A stretch of 64,000 nt of DNA from Thermodesulfobacteriota bacterium (GTDB lineage: Bacteria > Desulfobacterota > Desulfarculia > JACQYL01): the NCBI GenBank assembly GCA_963675595.2, contig CAXXLZ010000001.1:448001-512000 (forward strand). Direction: 5' to 3'. The translations under genes were made by a program, and so were the position numbers. Shown piece after piece: positions 49,897-60,962 of this stretch (position 1 is its first letter; each line of letters starts with the position of its first letter). Under the pieces are notes generated by a model. The model was given only the letters and a program-made list of their open reading frames with translations. It did not search any database and was not told where the DNA came from.

Positions 49897-50179
49897 TCGG
49901 GGTGATGTCACGAAAGCCATGAGGAAAAATCATGACTTCCATGGCAGGAAGCCATGTATCCGCTTATTGTCCGGGACGAAAAGTTATTCTATGATGATTT
50001 TTGTGGAAAAACGACAGGGAGCGGCCGAATCAGGTCTTTTTCCGGCGTCATGGTCGAGGTGTGATTCCGTCGACTTCGCGGTCCGTCGATGCCGCGCCGA
50101 TCGACGGAACCGTTCGCGAGGAACCTCGTCAAAACGGAATCATGCGCCAAGCGAAGACACCGTCCCGCGCTGCTTGCGG

Positions 50180-50312
50180 CGGGCAAGCCGAACCCTGCGT
50201 GTCGCGCCGAGCCCTACCGGCGCTTGTAGGGGCGTCCGTTTCTGAAAGATCGGCCACATAAACCCTCCGGTTGCCGGTTTCGACGCCGACCGATCCGTTT
50301 CGTCCTGTTCCT
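50180..50312 (+). repeat. Intergenic repeat family D (other copies ~60202-60240 and ~61812-61945)
   Basis: Shared GAACC(C/T)TGCGTGTCG..CCGAGCCCTACCGG core. The 50180 and 61812 copies also share CGGCCACATAA...GGTTTCGA...CCGA...TTTCGTC. Confidence 0.65.
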
Positions 50313-50607
50313 GAACTGTTGATCCTCCGGCGGTGATTCAAGGATTCATCAGGCCTGTTCGGTCGGAGTGTGTCTCAAACGTAATGCAATCGTGATTAAG
50401 CCAAAGAGTGCATATGGACCCTTTGTCGGCATTCAAGGATGAGCGTGCTATCCCCGGGGAACCATAGAGAGGTTTCTCCCGTGAACGCGCCCATTTTTGG
50501 CCGGAATAAAAGAGTCGAACAGCAGGACCCGAGCCCGCGGTCCGTTGCGCGGCGACGGCAAAAAGGAAGAAAAGTCGATCACAACCCCAAAACAAGGAGA
50601 TGCGATC

Positions 50608-52059
50608 ATGACAGACGATTCCAAATTCACAACCACTGATGCCGGGATTCCCGTTTCCAGCGACGAGTACTCTCTCACGGTGGGTCCCGATGGCCCCATT
50701 CTTCTGCAGGATCACTACCTGATGGAGCAGATGGCCAACTTCAACCGGGAGATGATTCCGGATCGCCAGCCCCATGCAAAGGGTTCCGGGGCCTTCGGTC
50801 ACTTTGAGGTAATGCAGGACGTGAGCGCCTACACCAAGGCGGCGGTGTTCCAACCCGGCGCGAAGACCGAGGTGCTGGCCCGGTTCTCCACGGTGGCCGG
50901 CGAAAGCGGCAGCCCCGACACCTGGCGGGACGTGCGCGGTTTTGCGCTCAAATTCTACACCACCGAGGGCAACTACGACATGGTGGGAAACAACACCCCC
51001 GTGTTTTTCGTGCGCGACCCCATGAAGTTTCAGCACTTCATCCACTCACAGAAACGCCGTGCGGAAAGCGGTCTGCGCGATAACGACATGCAGTGGGACT
51101 TCTGGACCCTGTCCCCCGAGACCGCCCATCAGGTCACCATCCTGATGAGCGATCGCGGAGTCCCCAGGAGCTATCGCCACATGAACGGCTACACGAGCCA
51201 CACCTACATGTGGGTCAACGCCCAAGGCGAGCGCTTCTGGGTGAAGTACCATTTCAAGACCGATCAGGGCATCGAATTCCTCACTCAGCAAGAGGCCGAC
51301 CGGATCGCCGGCGAGGATGCCGACTATCATCGCCGCGATCTGTACGAGGCGATCAAACGAGGGGATTACCCGAGCTGGACCCTGAAAGTTCAAATCATGC
51401 CCTTCAAGGAGGCCGAAACCTACCGGTTCAACCCCTTTGATCTGACCAAGGTTTGGCCCCACGAAGACTATCCCATGCACGAAGTCGGCCGCCTCACCCT
51501 GAACCGCAACCCAAGCGATTTTCACAGTGAGATCGAGCAGGCGGCGTTCGAACCGAACAACCTGGTTCCGGGGATCGGTCCCAGCCCGGACAAGATGCTC
51601 CTCGCCCGCCTGGTGTCCTATGCGGACGCCCACCGGGCGCGCCTGGGCGTCAACTACAAGCAGATCCCGGTCAATCGGCCGAAGAGCCCGGTGCACAGCT
51701 ACAGCAAGGGCGGTGCGATGCGGATCCAGAACGTCTCCGATCCGGTCTACGCGCCCAACTCCAAGGGCGGCTTCAAGCCCGACGCCGAGCGGTACCCCGA
51801 GACGGCCGTGTGGAGCGCCGACGGCGAATTCGTTCGCGCCGCCTACACGAAGCGCAAGGACGACGACGATTTCGGGCAACCCGGTACCTTGGTGCGCAAG
51901 GTGATGGACGATGCACAACGCGACCGCTTGGTATCCAATGTGGTCGGCCATCTCAAAGACGGCGTGAGCGAGCCCGTGCTGAAACGTGCATTCGAATACT
52001 GGCGCAACATCGACAAAGAGATCGGCGACCGCATCGCCAAAGGCGTCCAGGGCGACTGA
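50608..52059 (+). CDS. katA: Monofunctional heme catalase (small-subunit type)
   Basis: [15 protein letters not shown] (distal His), [26 protein letters not shown] (proximal Tyr). AAGGAG RBS. Confidence 0.93.
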   Translation: MTDDSKFTTTDAGIPVSSDEYSLTVGPDGPILLQDHYLMEQMANFNREMIPDRQPHAKGSGAFGHFEVMQDVSAYTKAAVFQPGAKTEVLARFSTVAGESGSPDTWRDVRGFALKFYTTEGNYDMVGNNTPVFFVRDPMKFQHFIHSQKRRAESGLRDNDMQWDFWTLSPETAHQVTILMSDRGVPRSYRHMNGYTSHTYMWVNAQGERFWVKYHFKTDQGIEFLTQQEADRIAGEDADYHRRDLYEAIKRGDYPSWTLKVQIMPFKEAETYRFNPFDLTKVWPHEDYPMHEVGRLTLNRNPSDFHSEIEQAAFEPNNLVPGIGPSPDKMLLARLVSYADAHRARLGVNYKQIPVNRPKSPVHSYSKGGAMRIQNVSDPVYAPNSKGGFKPDAERYPETAVWSADGEFVRAAYTKRKDDDDFGQPGTLVRKVMDDAQRDRLVSNVVGHLKDGVSEPVLKRAFEYWRNIDKEIGDRIAKGVQGD

Positions 52060-52193
52060 TCTTCCCCAACACCTTATACGTTGCGACCCCGCCGGTGATG
52101 TCGCCGGCGAGGTCGTGCCGAACTTCCATCATTTCACCTGTTCAACGCCGCCCCTCGGCGGAGCGGACGGCTACATCCCGTATTGGTATTCAC

Positions 52194-52223
52194 GGGGGAG
52201 GACTTTCGAGAGAGTCCTCCCCC
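52194..52223. repeat. Perfect hairpin (REP-like or terminator) downstream of catalase
   Basis: GGGGGAGGACT-ttcgagag-AGTCCTCCCCC. The following CCCCCGAGCCCCCTCTCAAA resembles CCCCCGAACCCCATCCAAAA at ~45461-45481. Confidence 0.55.
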
Positions 52224-52450
52224 GAGCCCCCTCTCAAAGCAGGTTGGACAGGCCTCACCGCCTTCGGCGGAGAGGCGGCGGAAGAATGCAGGTTGCCTCA
52301 CTCATTCCCAACGATCCCCCCATCTCCTGAATGGAAAAGATGTTCTCAAGTTCGACTTCGTCCCGGAAGGGACGGATACCCCTCCGAATGATCACCTTGC
52401 TCTTTGATATCTCTCTTCCACGCAATGCTCGATTGGGGAGAGCAAAGCGA

Positions 52451-52632
52451 AACTCAACCATCATTACATTATCCCATCCTTGCACATCGATCGGTTCTCC
52501 ACAGGGCTGCACCTTCGAAGGAAAATCCGTTCCTCGACTCGGGGTCCTGGGTTCGTGGAATTCCGCTTTCCTGGAGGCGGGCCGGAGTGCCTGCCCCGAT
52601 TTCAGCTGGAGCATTGTCTCCGCCACGGCCCC
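52451..52632 (+). repeat. ~180-bp repeat family B, copy 1 (copy 2 at 59748-59926)
   Basis: AACTCAACCATCA...ATCCTTG.ACATCGA.CGG.TCTCCACAGGG...CGACTCGG...TTCGTGGAATTC.GCTTTCCT.G.GGCGGGCC...GCCTGCCCCGATTTC is shared by both copies. Confidence 0.85.
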
Positions 52633-52837
52633 GCCGTCTTAAAATAGCCTTTATTTTTAGTGCCTTATAATGCTTTTCAAAAACGACGGATTGAAGTTGT
52701 ACTTGCTGGGCGAATGCCCTCAAGTTCGATTGGTGCCAAGCCGCCTGATTATTCATTAATGAATTTTTGTAAAGCGGAACGGCAGACAATCATGTATGAT
52801 CGGTCGAAACTGAATCCTCGAAGAATGGGAGCGCGGC

Positions 52838-55800
52838 ATGCTGAAGCCGATCAAGGTGGTGGTGGCGATTTGTTGTTTCTGGGTAGTCCTCCTATCCTCT
52901 CCGGCAGCCCGGGCTGTGGACTGCCTTCTTTTCTACGAAGATTTTTCCGGCCTTTCCGTCAATTCCTGGGACTATTCCATCGGCAACTGGGTTGAACTGA
53001 ACGGCGCACTTTCCATATCGGGCATCGGCCCCAACTCACTGGCCATAGCCGACACAACCTTTTACGTCGACCAACTCTACCAAATCGACGTTGATGTGGA
53101 AGTCGTCGCCTCGGGCACCGACACGGTTTTCGGCATATACACCCTGACCCTTGGCAACACCTTCCTAAACATAGAGGGGCGCTCGTCGGACGGTGTGGCG
53201 GCCATGGTGTATCCGGGACAAGGTGTCGCCCATCTCAGCGGTTGGGACGTAGACCAATTTGAGTGGTTCGATTCCAACACCGTAACGTTTACCGGCCCTC
53301 TGACGTCCATCGGGTTTTCCCTGTCTGATACGCAGGCCGTGCTCCGTTTGAACAAGCAGGCTACCGCAGCGGTTCTTTCCGGCGACTTCGACCGTGTTCC
53401 TTGGCTGTGGGATGCCCTGTGGCTGCTGGCCGAAGGCGCGGACACCCAGTTGCGGTTCGACAATATATGCGCGGACACTCCGGGCTGGGGTTCCACGTCC
53501 TATTTGACGGTGACCGGAACAGGGTCGGGGAGCGGAACGGTCACCAGTTCCGACGGAGGCATCTCCTGCGGTTCCGATTGCTCCGAATCCTACAGCGGCG
53601 CCGCCACTGTGACTTTGACCGCCACACCTGACCCGGGATCAACATTCGCCGGTTGGACCGGAGGCGGCTGCTCGGGCATCGGGACCTGCACCTTAGCCGT
53701 GAGCGGGAGCGTTTCGGTCACCGCCGCCTTTGACACGGCAGGCACGGGTGAGATCGTTTACGACGGCATCTGGAAAGACACCGCCCAGACCATGAATTTC
53801 TACGTACAGACCTACGCCGCCGGATCAGCCCTCGTGGTTGCCAGTTCGGACCTTCAGACCTTCTACACCTTCTTGGATCCGGACTTCTCAGACGGGGTAG
53901 ACACGGACGACATGGCAGGAGGGAACCACCATCTGAGTCTCTCATTCGCCTCGTCCGGTCAGGCTTCGGCCGTGCTGACGCCTTCAGGTTCCTCGCCCCG
54001 GATATACACCATCTCCAAATCCTTCGGACCGGCGACGGTGGCCACCCACGACGGGATATGGAAGTCCCCTTCCTGCCAGGCCGGAACCATGAACTACTAT
54101 GTGCAGTCCTACGACACGGGCGCCGGCATTGTGATCGCCACGGCGGACTTGGCCAAGTTGTACGTGTTTCTGGATTCGGATATTTCCGACGGCATGGACA
54201 CGGCGGACCTGGCCGGTACCGGGGCGCATCTGACACTGGCGTTGAGCGCCGCTCAGACCGACACCATGGTCCGGTGTTTTGCCGCACCCCACGATGCGAC
54301 AACAGGGATCCCCACGGCCTCTTGCAGCCTCACGGGCATGGGACCGAGCCCCGGTCCAGGGGTCATTTACGGTCCCGGGGGCAGTTCCATTGTACTGCCC
54401 GATGAAACCATCCCCGGAGCCTCGGTGACCATTTCCGCCGCGGACGCTTCGGAGGTGGTGGAAACGGGAGAAACGTCCGTGTCCCAAGCGGTCAAGGTCT
54501 CCGTCGGCGGCACACAGGAGCCCCTCAGCGGCGATGGTTTCATCAAGGTGAGCCTGCCCGTGGACGGCGACGTGACCGATCCCGCGAAATTGACCATGAA
54601 AACCAGGCTGACCACCGGCTTGGTGCTGCCCGTTTATGGGACCTACGATGCGACTTCCAAAACCTACTCGGTGGACGTGGCGGCCCTGCACGACGGCTGG
54701 GTATTCGGCGTGGTGGTCCAGCCCCACCAAACGCTCTACCTCGACACGGGCAGTGTCGGTCCCGCGGCCTGGCAAACGGAATACGATTGGGAAACCTTTT
54801 CGTGGCATGTTTTGGATCACACGGCTGATCCGACCAAGGCTCTCACCGACGCACAGGTAAGGGAAATACAGTCCGCCGCCCGGTCGGCGGCCCAGACCCT
54901 GTCCAATGCCCAGTATCGAGCGCCCAAACTCTGGTTATCCACCAAAACCAACCCCCCTGCCCGCGTCATTCACGTCACGGAAGGATTGCTCAGATTTCGT
55001 CAGCCTGGAGACGAAGAAAGCGCCGACTTCTCCCTGGTGAGCAAGACGGAAGAAGAGATGCTGGCCCTGGGCCAAATGCACCTGGATTATGTCAAAATCA
55101 AAAGCTACGTTCCCATGGGAATCCACCTGAACCACGTCGTCATTCATGAAATGTTCCATGCCGTTCAGGCCGGATACGACATTCGCTGTGCCTGGGGGCA
55201 GGGTACCCATTCCCTCAAGCCCTATTACGAGGGTACAGCCGCCCCGCTGGGCCAATCGTACCAGGAGAACAACGGCTCCATTACCGGCCCCGCCGCCGTG
55301 GTAAGGAATATCGTGGGCGGCAGCGCCGAATATGCCATGCTCAATCGGGCGGTGGACGACTACACCGTTCGTGGCGAGAACAACGACTTCTATTCCAAGC
55401 AGGATTTCTTCACGTACGTCACCCGTAGGTACAACAACCACGACTGGTCCTTCCTAACGTCGCTCTTCGAGGAAATGTCCACTGAAACGCAGAACAAATT
55501 CGGACTGTCCATGGCCCAATACAAAGGCTTGTACCGGAAAGCCCTAAATCGCTGGGTGTCGTTTTGGACGGGTAAAAGCCTCCCGGAAGTCTACTTCACT
55601 TACGCCCTGGATCGGGCGTACAAACATGGTCCGGACGCGATCCTAAGGTCCGGCGATTCCGCGTTCACGCCCAACAATCTGGCCGGCTCACTGTTTTCCG
55701 TTTCAGGTGGCGACTGGCTCCACGTAGACAAAAATAAGTCCGAGCTGGACCCCATCGAGCCGTTGTCCACCAAATACGTGGGCGTTCTGGTTCCCGACGA

Positions 55801-56500
55801 CCTTCTGACGGAATCGGACGGCACGCTGCCGCTGTCTTTCACCATCGAGGGCGCCCAACTCTCGTCCGATCAGATACGCATTGTCATCTTCAGGGAAAAC
55901 GAAGATGAGGTCATGGTGACTCCGGATGGGCAGATCGAAGTTACGGATATAGCCGAACCCATTGCGGTGGCGGTAAACAAAGACGTGCCGGTTCTGAAGG
56001 TTCTCATTATGAACGGAAGCGTTGAGGACAAGACCGCCGATGTGCAGGTCGAAATTTCCGGCGCACAAAGCATGATCGACTATCGCCTCAACTTCGCAGC
56101 TTCGCAATCCGCACCCTGCCTTATGAGCGCAACGAGCGATCCCACCCCTTACACTGTAAATTGGCAGGGGAGCGCCTTCACAGGGTCACGACCTGCCGAT
56201 GGGCTGCATGGTTTCGACTCCATACAGGGGCAAGCCGAAGCCGACCTCTCATCCATCGGCGAGATTACCATTCAGCGGCATTTGGACGGAGAATCCAGTC
56301 AGGTCGTTTTGGAGGTGACTCTTACCGATTTGCCGAGAACAACCTCGGAATCAGGGGCTTCGGTCTTTTACGTGGACGGTCAATCGTTGCTCAGCCACGT
56401 ATCATCGGCTCGGGCAATCTGCGGGGGCGGCGAATACCAAGCTCTCGAAGCCGATGGAATTCTTGGGGAATCCTATGTGCGCATTCAACTCGCGAAGTAA
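52838..56500 (+). CDS. Large secreted multidomain protein with InlB-B-repeat-like module and HExxH metallopeptidase-like domain
   Basis: Signal peptide ending AARA, LTVTGTGSGSGTVTS..GISCGSDCSESY...VTLTATP..GSTFAGWTG, a duplicated DGIWK..MNxYVQ module and VIHEMFHAVQ. Confidence 0.75.
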   Translation: MLKPIKVVVAICCFWVVLLSSPAARAVDCLLFYEDFSGLSVNSWDYSIGNWVELNGALSISGIGPNSLAIADTTFYVDQLYQIDVDVEVVASGTDTVFGIYTLTLGNTFLNIEGRSSDGVAAMVYPGQGVAHLSGWDVDQFEWFDSNTVTFTGPLTSIGFSLSDTQAVLRLNKQATAAVLSGDFDRVPWLWDALWLLAEGADTQLRFDNICADTPGWGSTSYLTVTGTGSGSGTVTSSDGGISCGSDCSESYSGAATVTLTATPDPGSTFAGWTGGGCSGIGTCTLAVSGSVSVTAAFDTAGTGEIVYDGIWKDTAQTMNFYVQTYAAGSALVVASSDLQTFYTFLDPDFSDGVDTDDMAGGNHHLSLSFASSGQASAVLTPSGSSPRIYTISKSFGPATVATHDGIWKSPSCQAGTMNYYVQSYDTGAGIVIATADLAKLYVFLDSDISDGMDTADLAGTGAHLTLALSAAQTDTMVRCFAAPHDATTGIPTASCSLTGMGPSPGPGVIYGPGGSSIVLPDETIPGASVTISAADASEVVETGETSVSQAVKVSVGGTQEPLSGDGFIKVSLPVDGDVTDPAKLTMKTRLTTGLVLPVYGTYDATSKTYSVDVAALHDGWVFGVVVQPHQTLYLDTGSVGPAAWQTEYDWETFSWHVLDHTADPTKALTDAQVREIQSAARSAAQTLSNAQYRAPKLWLSTKTNPPARVIHVTEGLLRFRQPGDEESADFSLVSKTEEEMLALGQMHLDYVKIKSYVPMGIHLNHVVIHEMFHAVQAGYDIRCAWGQGTHSLKPYYEGTAAPLGQSYQENNGSITGPAAVVRNIVGGSAEYAMLNRAVDDYTVRGENNDFYSKQDFFTYVTRRYNNHDWSFLTSLFEEMSTETQNKFGLSMAQYKGLYRKALNRWVSFWTGKSLPEVYFTYALDRAYKHGPDAILRSGDSAFTPNNLAGSLFSVSGGDWLHVDKNKSELDPIEPLSTKYVGVLVPDDLLTESDGTLPLSFTIEGAQLSSDQIRIVIFRENEDEVMVTPDGQIEVTDIAEPIAVAVNKDVPVLKVLIMNGSVEDKTADVQVEISGAQSMIDYRLNFAASQSAPCLMSATSDPTPYTVNWQGSAFTGSRPADGLHGFDSIQGQAEADLSSIGEITIQRHLDGESSQVVLEVTLTDLPRTTSESGASVFYVDGQSLLSHVSSARAICGGGEYQALEADGILGESYVRIQLAK

Positions 56501-56560
56501 ACCGAAGCATGGGACAAAACGAGTTGCCGTCGGTTTGCGGCCAATTAAGCTCGGGAGCAA

Positions 56561-57112
56561 ATGGGTCTTCTTGAGTACAATCTGCTCCATTTGATCGCCG
56601 TTCCGGAATCCAATAAGGCCTTCTGCAGGGCCATAGGTGAGGCTCACAGGCGCTACACCCGAATGATCAATTTTCGAGAGGGCCGGCGGAGCCAATTACG
56701 GCAGGGTCGATTTGCCTCGTTTCACATGGACGAGCCGCATCTTCTCCTCGCTACGCACTACATCGAACTGAATCCCGTCAAAACGGGTATGGTGATGGCT
56801 CCGGCATCGTACACGCGGAGCAGTGCGGCGGCTCGCCTGTGCGGAAAGGACGATCCCCTGCTTATGGATTCGCCGCTACCGGAAATGGTCCCGGATTGGG
56901 GACGATTTCTCTCTGAGGGTGTGGACAAAGAAGAAATCCGGCTGCCGCAACGGCATGAGCCCACCGGTCGGCCTTTGGGGAGCGTGTATTTCATCGATCG
57001 TTTGGAAAGTATGCTCGGCCGTGCGCCGTGGGCCTCGCAAGGCGGGAAGAAAAGCCAAAACACCGGGGAAATAAGGAGGATAACCTCTTATTGTACCGGA
57101 TCGATGCTTTGA
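56561..57112 (+). pseudogene. Degenerate REP-associated tyrosine transposase (RAYT / Y1 HUH family), N-terminus missing
   Basis: NLLHLIAVP (degraded NHxH), HRRYTRMINFREG, QLRQGRFAS (vs HLWQGRF), YIELNPV, TGRPLGS..FI. Confidence 0.75.
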
Positions 57113-57171
57113 TTTGGTATGGATGTCCCACAATTACGAATTCGACAAACCAAAGGACCCGGTCTGCGCCA

Positions 57172-57467
57172 TGACATGGCTGGGAATCGGTTTCTTCTTT
57201 CTAGGCGGGGTTTCTTACTCTGTTCCCTTTTTCCCGGCGGGGATTTTTTTGGGCGTGGGCAGGGGCGTGGTCATGCCGCTGCCCACGGCCACCGTCTTTA
57301 GCCTTTCCCAGCCAAGGTTCAGAGCGCGCAACACCAACCTCGCCATAACGGCGTTTCAGGGCGGCTTTTTCATGGGCCCGATCCTTGGAGGCGCGGCCCT
57401 GCTCCATTGGGATGATAGGGTCTTATGCCGCGTCGGGGATCGTCTTGTTCATGGCAGCGGCCCTTAG
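57172..57467 (+). pseudogene. C-terminal fragment of an MFS transporter
   Basis: AGIFLGVGRGVVMP..TA.VF..SQPRFRARNTNL....FQGGFFMGPILGG resembles the last helices of an MFS permease. The rest of the gene is absent. Confidence 0.55.
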
Positions 57468-58522
57468 GTTCGTGGTAGAAGTTCGGAACGGGCCCAGTCT
57501 TCGTGAACCATACGGAAAATCTCCCGGGAGCGGTCCAGAAGTATCTGAATGCCGTCCCAGTCGGGGGTGTGACACAGGCGCTGCATCAGGAGGCCATCCG
57601 TGTCGAACCAGCGAGGCAGAAGGCCCCCCAGAAAGTAGCCTCGGCGCCGCAGGCATTCCACGGCCCAACCCACCGAAGGCGACCCCAAAGGCAGCCACAC
57701 CTGATATACGGTGACATCCCCGGCTGCGGCTTCAGACTCCCTGACCGCCATAACGGTCTCAAAATCTTCGCCTATCTCCAACACGCTGATACGAGAGACT
57801 CGGGCCGCCTCGTATGTATCGGACGCGATCCGCGAACGATGTTCCTCCGGGGGAAGTTGAGGCGAAGGCGTGAATTTCCTTTCTTCTTTCAGACCTTCGT
57901 ATAGAAAGCGCAATGCATGATCGTAGATTTTCGGCGGATATACCGTGTGAGGATAGGGTTTCAGCGTATGGTATCCATGAAAAGAAGAGACCCGCTTCTG
58001 CGTGCCGCCTTCCTGAAACGTGAGGTCGACTTCCAGTCCCATGACCACGTTGCCGACACGCTGTGCGAGCCTTTGGGTGAACAGATGGCTGCAGATATGC
58101 TCTCCGTATATTCCTTCCCCACCGAATTCGGGGACCATCCGCATACCCCGCGTCGCCATTCGCGGAAGCAGCCAGGCCCTCTTCCGATAGGCAGGCAACA
58201 CCAGACCGGCCCCGCCTTCGAACACCTTTTTGCTGGGAGCAATCGGGTAAAAGGCGTTATGTCCCACAATATCGCCCCGCGGTGTGCGGCTGACGCAGGA
58301 GAGTATCTCCCCTTTCCGATTGGCCGCAATCAACGCCTGAGGATCGTAGTAGGTTTTGATCGGATAATCGTCGTGATAAACCGCCCGGAACAGGTGCGCC
58401 ACGCCGGGGGCATCTTCCGGCCGCATCACATCCACTTCCACATCCTGATCGGGAGGGATGACCGGTACATCCGTTGTTTCAAGGACTTCACCGTTTTGAG
58501 CCATTTTTCCCTTATATTCCAA
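57464..58522 (-). CDS. GNAT-fold protein
   Basis: MRPEDAPGVAHLFRAVY...YP, GDIVGH, GLVLPAYRK, GYFLGGLLPRWF. Confidence 0.7.
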   Translation of the reverse strand: MEYKGKMAQNGEVLETTDVPVIPPDQDVEVDVMRPEDAPGVAHLFRAVYHDDYPIKTYYDPQALIAANRKGEILSCVSRTPRGDIVGHNAFYPIAPSKKVFEGGAGLVLPAYRKRAWLLPRMATRGMRMVPEFGGEGIYGEHICSHLFTQRLAQRVGNVVMGLEVDLTFQEGGTQKRVSSFHGYHTLKPYPHTVYPPKIYDHALRFLYEGLKEERKFTPSPQLPPEEHRSRIASDTYEAARVSRISVLEIGEDFETVMAVRESEAAAGDVTVYQVWLPLGSPSVGWAVECLRRRGYFLGGLLPRWFDTDGLLMQRLCHTPDWDGIQILLDRSREIFRMVHEDWARSELLPRT

Positions 58523-59082
58523 ATAGTAAACAGCTTTTCATTTTCCGACCCGAGGCACGTCATTACAAGCACTGCCATGCACGAAGATTTCAGCACCATT
58601 TGCCATACGCAAGGGAGACTCTCAAGAAAAATCTCTTGGCAGAAGCGGGGGACGTTGTTGATTAACGTGACAAAACGCGGTAGCGGCTCGAGTAGTAAAG
58701 ACGCGGACGGATTGTCTCGGATCATGGATTGTCCGCTGAAGAATAGAAATGCACGAAATCCACCCCGTGCCCTTTTCGCGAGATATTTTAGATGAAAGCC
58801 AAGATTTCCTCAGTTGTGATGGATGATAGGTGCATGTTGCCGAAATGGTTCTGAAATTTATCAAGGATGAACGCCCAATTCCGCGAGGTATTTATTTTGA
58901 CATTTGTCCGCCGGTAATTCGAAAATGGGTAACGCACTGGGAAATCTTCATGACGATCCTTCCTTGCTTGTGGATCATGGAAATTTTTGACGCCGCTCGG
59001 TCAAATTGATTATTGTTAAAGATGCCAAGGATCTTACAGCCGGGATGTTTCATTGTATCGCTTATAGCAGGACGAGCCGATT

Positions 59083-59319
59083 ATGCCTACGGTGAAGGAC
59101 ATTGGTGGACCGTACCGATTCTACTTCTACAGTTTCGACTGTAATGAACCGAGACATGTCCATGTTCAGCGCGAGAAACTTGTCTGCAAATTTTGGCTCG
59201 AACCCGTAGCTTTGAGCAAGAACTTCGGTTTTTCACCAAGGGAGCTCAATGCAATTCGACAGATCATCAGCTCCAATCGGAATACTATTTGGGAGGCATG
59301 GAATGAGCATTGCGGTTAA
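59083..59319 (+). CDS. DUF4160 family protein (putative TA component)
   Basis: MPTV...GPYRFYFYSFD.NEP.HVHV.....CKFWL.PV.L..N.GF...EL, ending EAWNEH. Confidence 0.85.
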   Translation: MPTVKDIGGPYRFYFYSFDCNEPRHVHVQREKLVCKFWLEPVALSKNFGFSPRELNAIRQIISSNRNTIWEAWNEHCG

Positions 59320-59602
59320 TGTGATCGAACCCAGGCTATTGAACATTCAACTCACTGAAGATGAGATTATAGTCCACCTTGTGGACGGCCGTACGATCAG
59401 CGTTCCGCTTGCATGGTCTTGGCGGCTTTCGGAGGCTACTCCCGACCAGCGTAGGAACTTCGAGATTATCGGAGACGGGCTGGGCATTCGCTGGCCGGAC
59501 ATAGATGAAGACATCAGCGTGGAGGGGATGCTTTGTGGTTCCCCGGCGCATCGTCCAAAAAGTAAGTCCAAGCCGCACGGCGCGCCTGCGACAGCGAAAT
59601 AA
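59303..59602 (+). CDS. DUF2442 family protein (putative TA component)
   Basis: L.DGRTISVPLAW..RL..AT..QR.NFEIIG.G.GI.WPDIDEDISVEG. Overlaps the DUF4160 gene. Confidence 0.85.
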   Translation: MSIAVNVIEPRLLNIQLTEDEIIVHLVDGRTISVPLAWSWRLSEATPDQRRNFEIIGDGLGIRWPDIDEDISVEGMLCGSPAHRPKSKSKPHGAPATAK

Positions 59603-59747
59603 CGGTCCGCCGAAAAGTGTTTTTTTCGGTCATCTTGATAAGATGCGCTGACTCGCGTGCATCGGACCCCGATTACGCCGGGCTGCTTTGATGGTCTTCT
59701 CCCTGAGTCCTTTGACGGCGCCCTCGGCGCTGGGCATGCCGCAGTTC

Positions 59748-59926
59748 AACTCAACCATCACACTATCCTATCCTTGAACATCGACCGGCTCTCCACAGGG
59801 ATCCTCCTTCGAACGAGAACTCATCCCCCGACTCGGAGTGCGGATTTCGTGGAATTCTGCTTTCCTAGGGGCGGGCCACAGCGCCTGCCCCGATTTCGGC
59901 CAGGGCATTGTCTTCGCCACGCCCCC
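59748..59926 (+). repeat. ~180-bp repeat family B, copy 2
   Basis: Homologous to 52451-52632. Confidence 0.85.
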
Positions 59927-59989
59927 TCCTGGGAGCGCCGAGCCCCGGCTCGGCAAACATCGCCTCATCCAAGCGAACAATACTCAGCC

Positions 59990-60068
59990 TGGCCGCGCGG
60001 AAATCCGCTCTCTGAATTTGGGGTATGGTTTCGTAGGTTCAGGCCACAGTGCCTGCCCTGGTTTCGGC
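59990..60068 (+). repeat. REP-like repeat family C, copy 1
   Basis: The 40 bp TTTCGTAGGTTCAGGCCACAGTGCCTGCCCTGGTTTCGGC is identical at 60029-60068 and 61349-61388. It contains GTAG followed by a CAGGC/GCCTG hairpin. Confidence 0.85.
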
Positions 60069-60304
60069 TCCCAAGGCGAACCCTCGTGTACAAGTCTTTT
60101 TCGATGGTCACAGCCGGGGTGGAATTCCGTTCGGTGGGAACATCGGCAAGACGGAATCGTCCACCAAGTTTAGACCTCGTTCCGGGCTGTTTGGGGCCGG
60201 CGGGTTGAACCTTGCGTGTCGTACCGAGCCCTACCGGACACACTACCGGACACACTGGTGATTTCGAGTGTTATGTGCAATGATGAGATCGAGGAGGGAA
60301 AATT

Positions 60305-60418
60305 ATGAAAACGGCAAAAGAGGAAGCAAGGTCCCTGATCGATAAATTGCCGGACGATTGTACGCTCGAAGATATTCAATACCACCTCTTTCAAAAGGTT
60401 CCCCCGCCTACCCTGTGA
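60305..60418 (+). pseudogene. Truncated antitoxin-like gene
   Basis: MKTAKEEARSLIDKLPDDCTLEDIQYHL resembles the N-terminus of small antitoxins paired with RelE/ParE toxins, then diverges and stops at 37 aa. GAGGAGG RBS. Confidence 0.6.
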
Positions 60419-60494
60419 ATAGACAAAACTAATGAAATCAAAGAGCGAAATTTCGCCCCAAATCTCGAAAACAGAAATGAAGGAAAATCACGCC

Positions 60495-60701
60495 ATGAAG
60501 GCCCCGTCAAATCGACAAAAGAGAAAAGGGATCGAATTTGTGGTGGATGAAGCCGGAGAAGAGAAGGCCGTTCTTATCGATCTCAAAAGGCATCGCGATT
60601 TATGGGAGGATTTTTACGACACTCTCCTGGCCCAAGAACGGCAAAATGAACCTCGTGAAACCTTGGATGACGTTCGAAAGCGAGTATTGGACAAACGATA
60701 A
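60495..60701 (+). CDS. Putative antitoxin upstream of RelE
   Basis: GIEFVVDEAGEEKAVLIDL.....LWEDFYD...A.ER.NEP..TLDDV. Abuts the toxin start. Confidence 0.7.
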   Translation: MKAPSNRQKRKGIEFVVDEAGEEKAVLIDLKRHRDLWEDFYDTLLAQERQNEPRETLDDVRKRVLDKR

Positions 60702-60962
60702 GTGCCGGAATATGTGATCACATTCGCGCGTTCGGTTCGAAAAGAGTTGGAGCTTCTCCCCCGAGACTTGGCCGAGCGTATACTCAACAGAATCGAATCC
60801 CTCAAAAAGAATCCTCGGCCGCGCGGCTGCCGGAAGCTTCAGGGGCCGAGTCAACTTTGGCGTATAAGAATAGGGGAATACAGAGTCGTTTATGCGATAG
60901 ACGACAAAAAGCAAATCGTTGATGTCTGCGTTGTGAGGCATCGAAGCGAAGCTTACGGATAA
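60702..60962 (+). CDS. relE: RelE/ParE family type II toxin
   Basis: Y.ITF..S..KEL..LP, NPRPRGCRKLQG, WRIRIGEYRVVY.IDD, VRHRSEAY. Confidence 0.88.
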   Translation: MPEYVITFARSVRKELELLPRDLAERILNRIESLKKNPRPRGCRKLQGPSQLWRIRIGEYRVVYAIDDKKQIVDVCVVRHRSEAYG

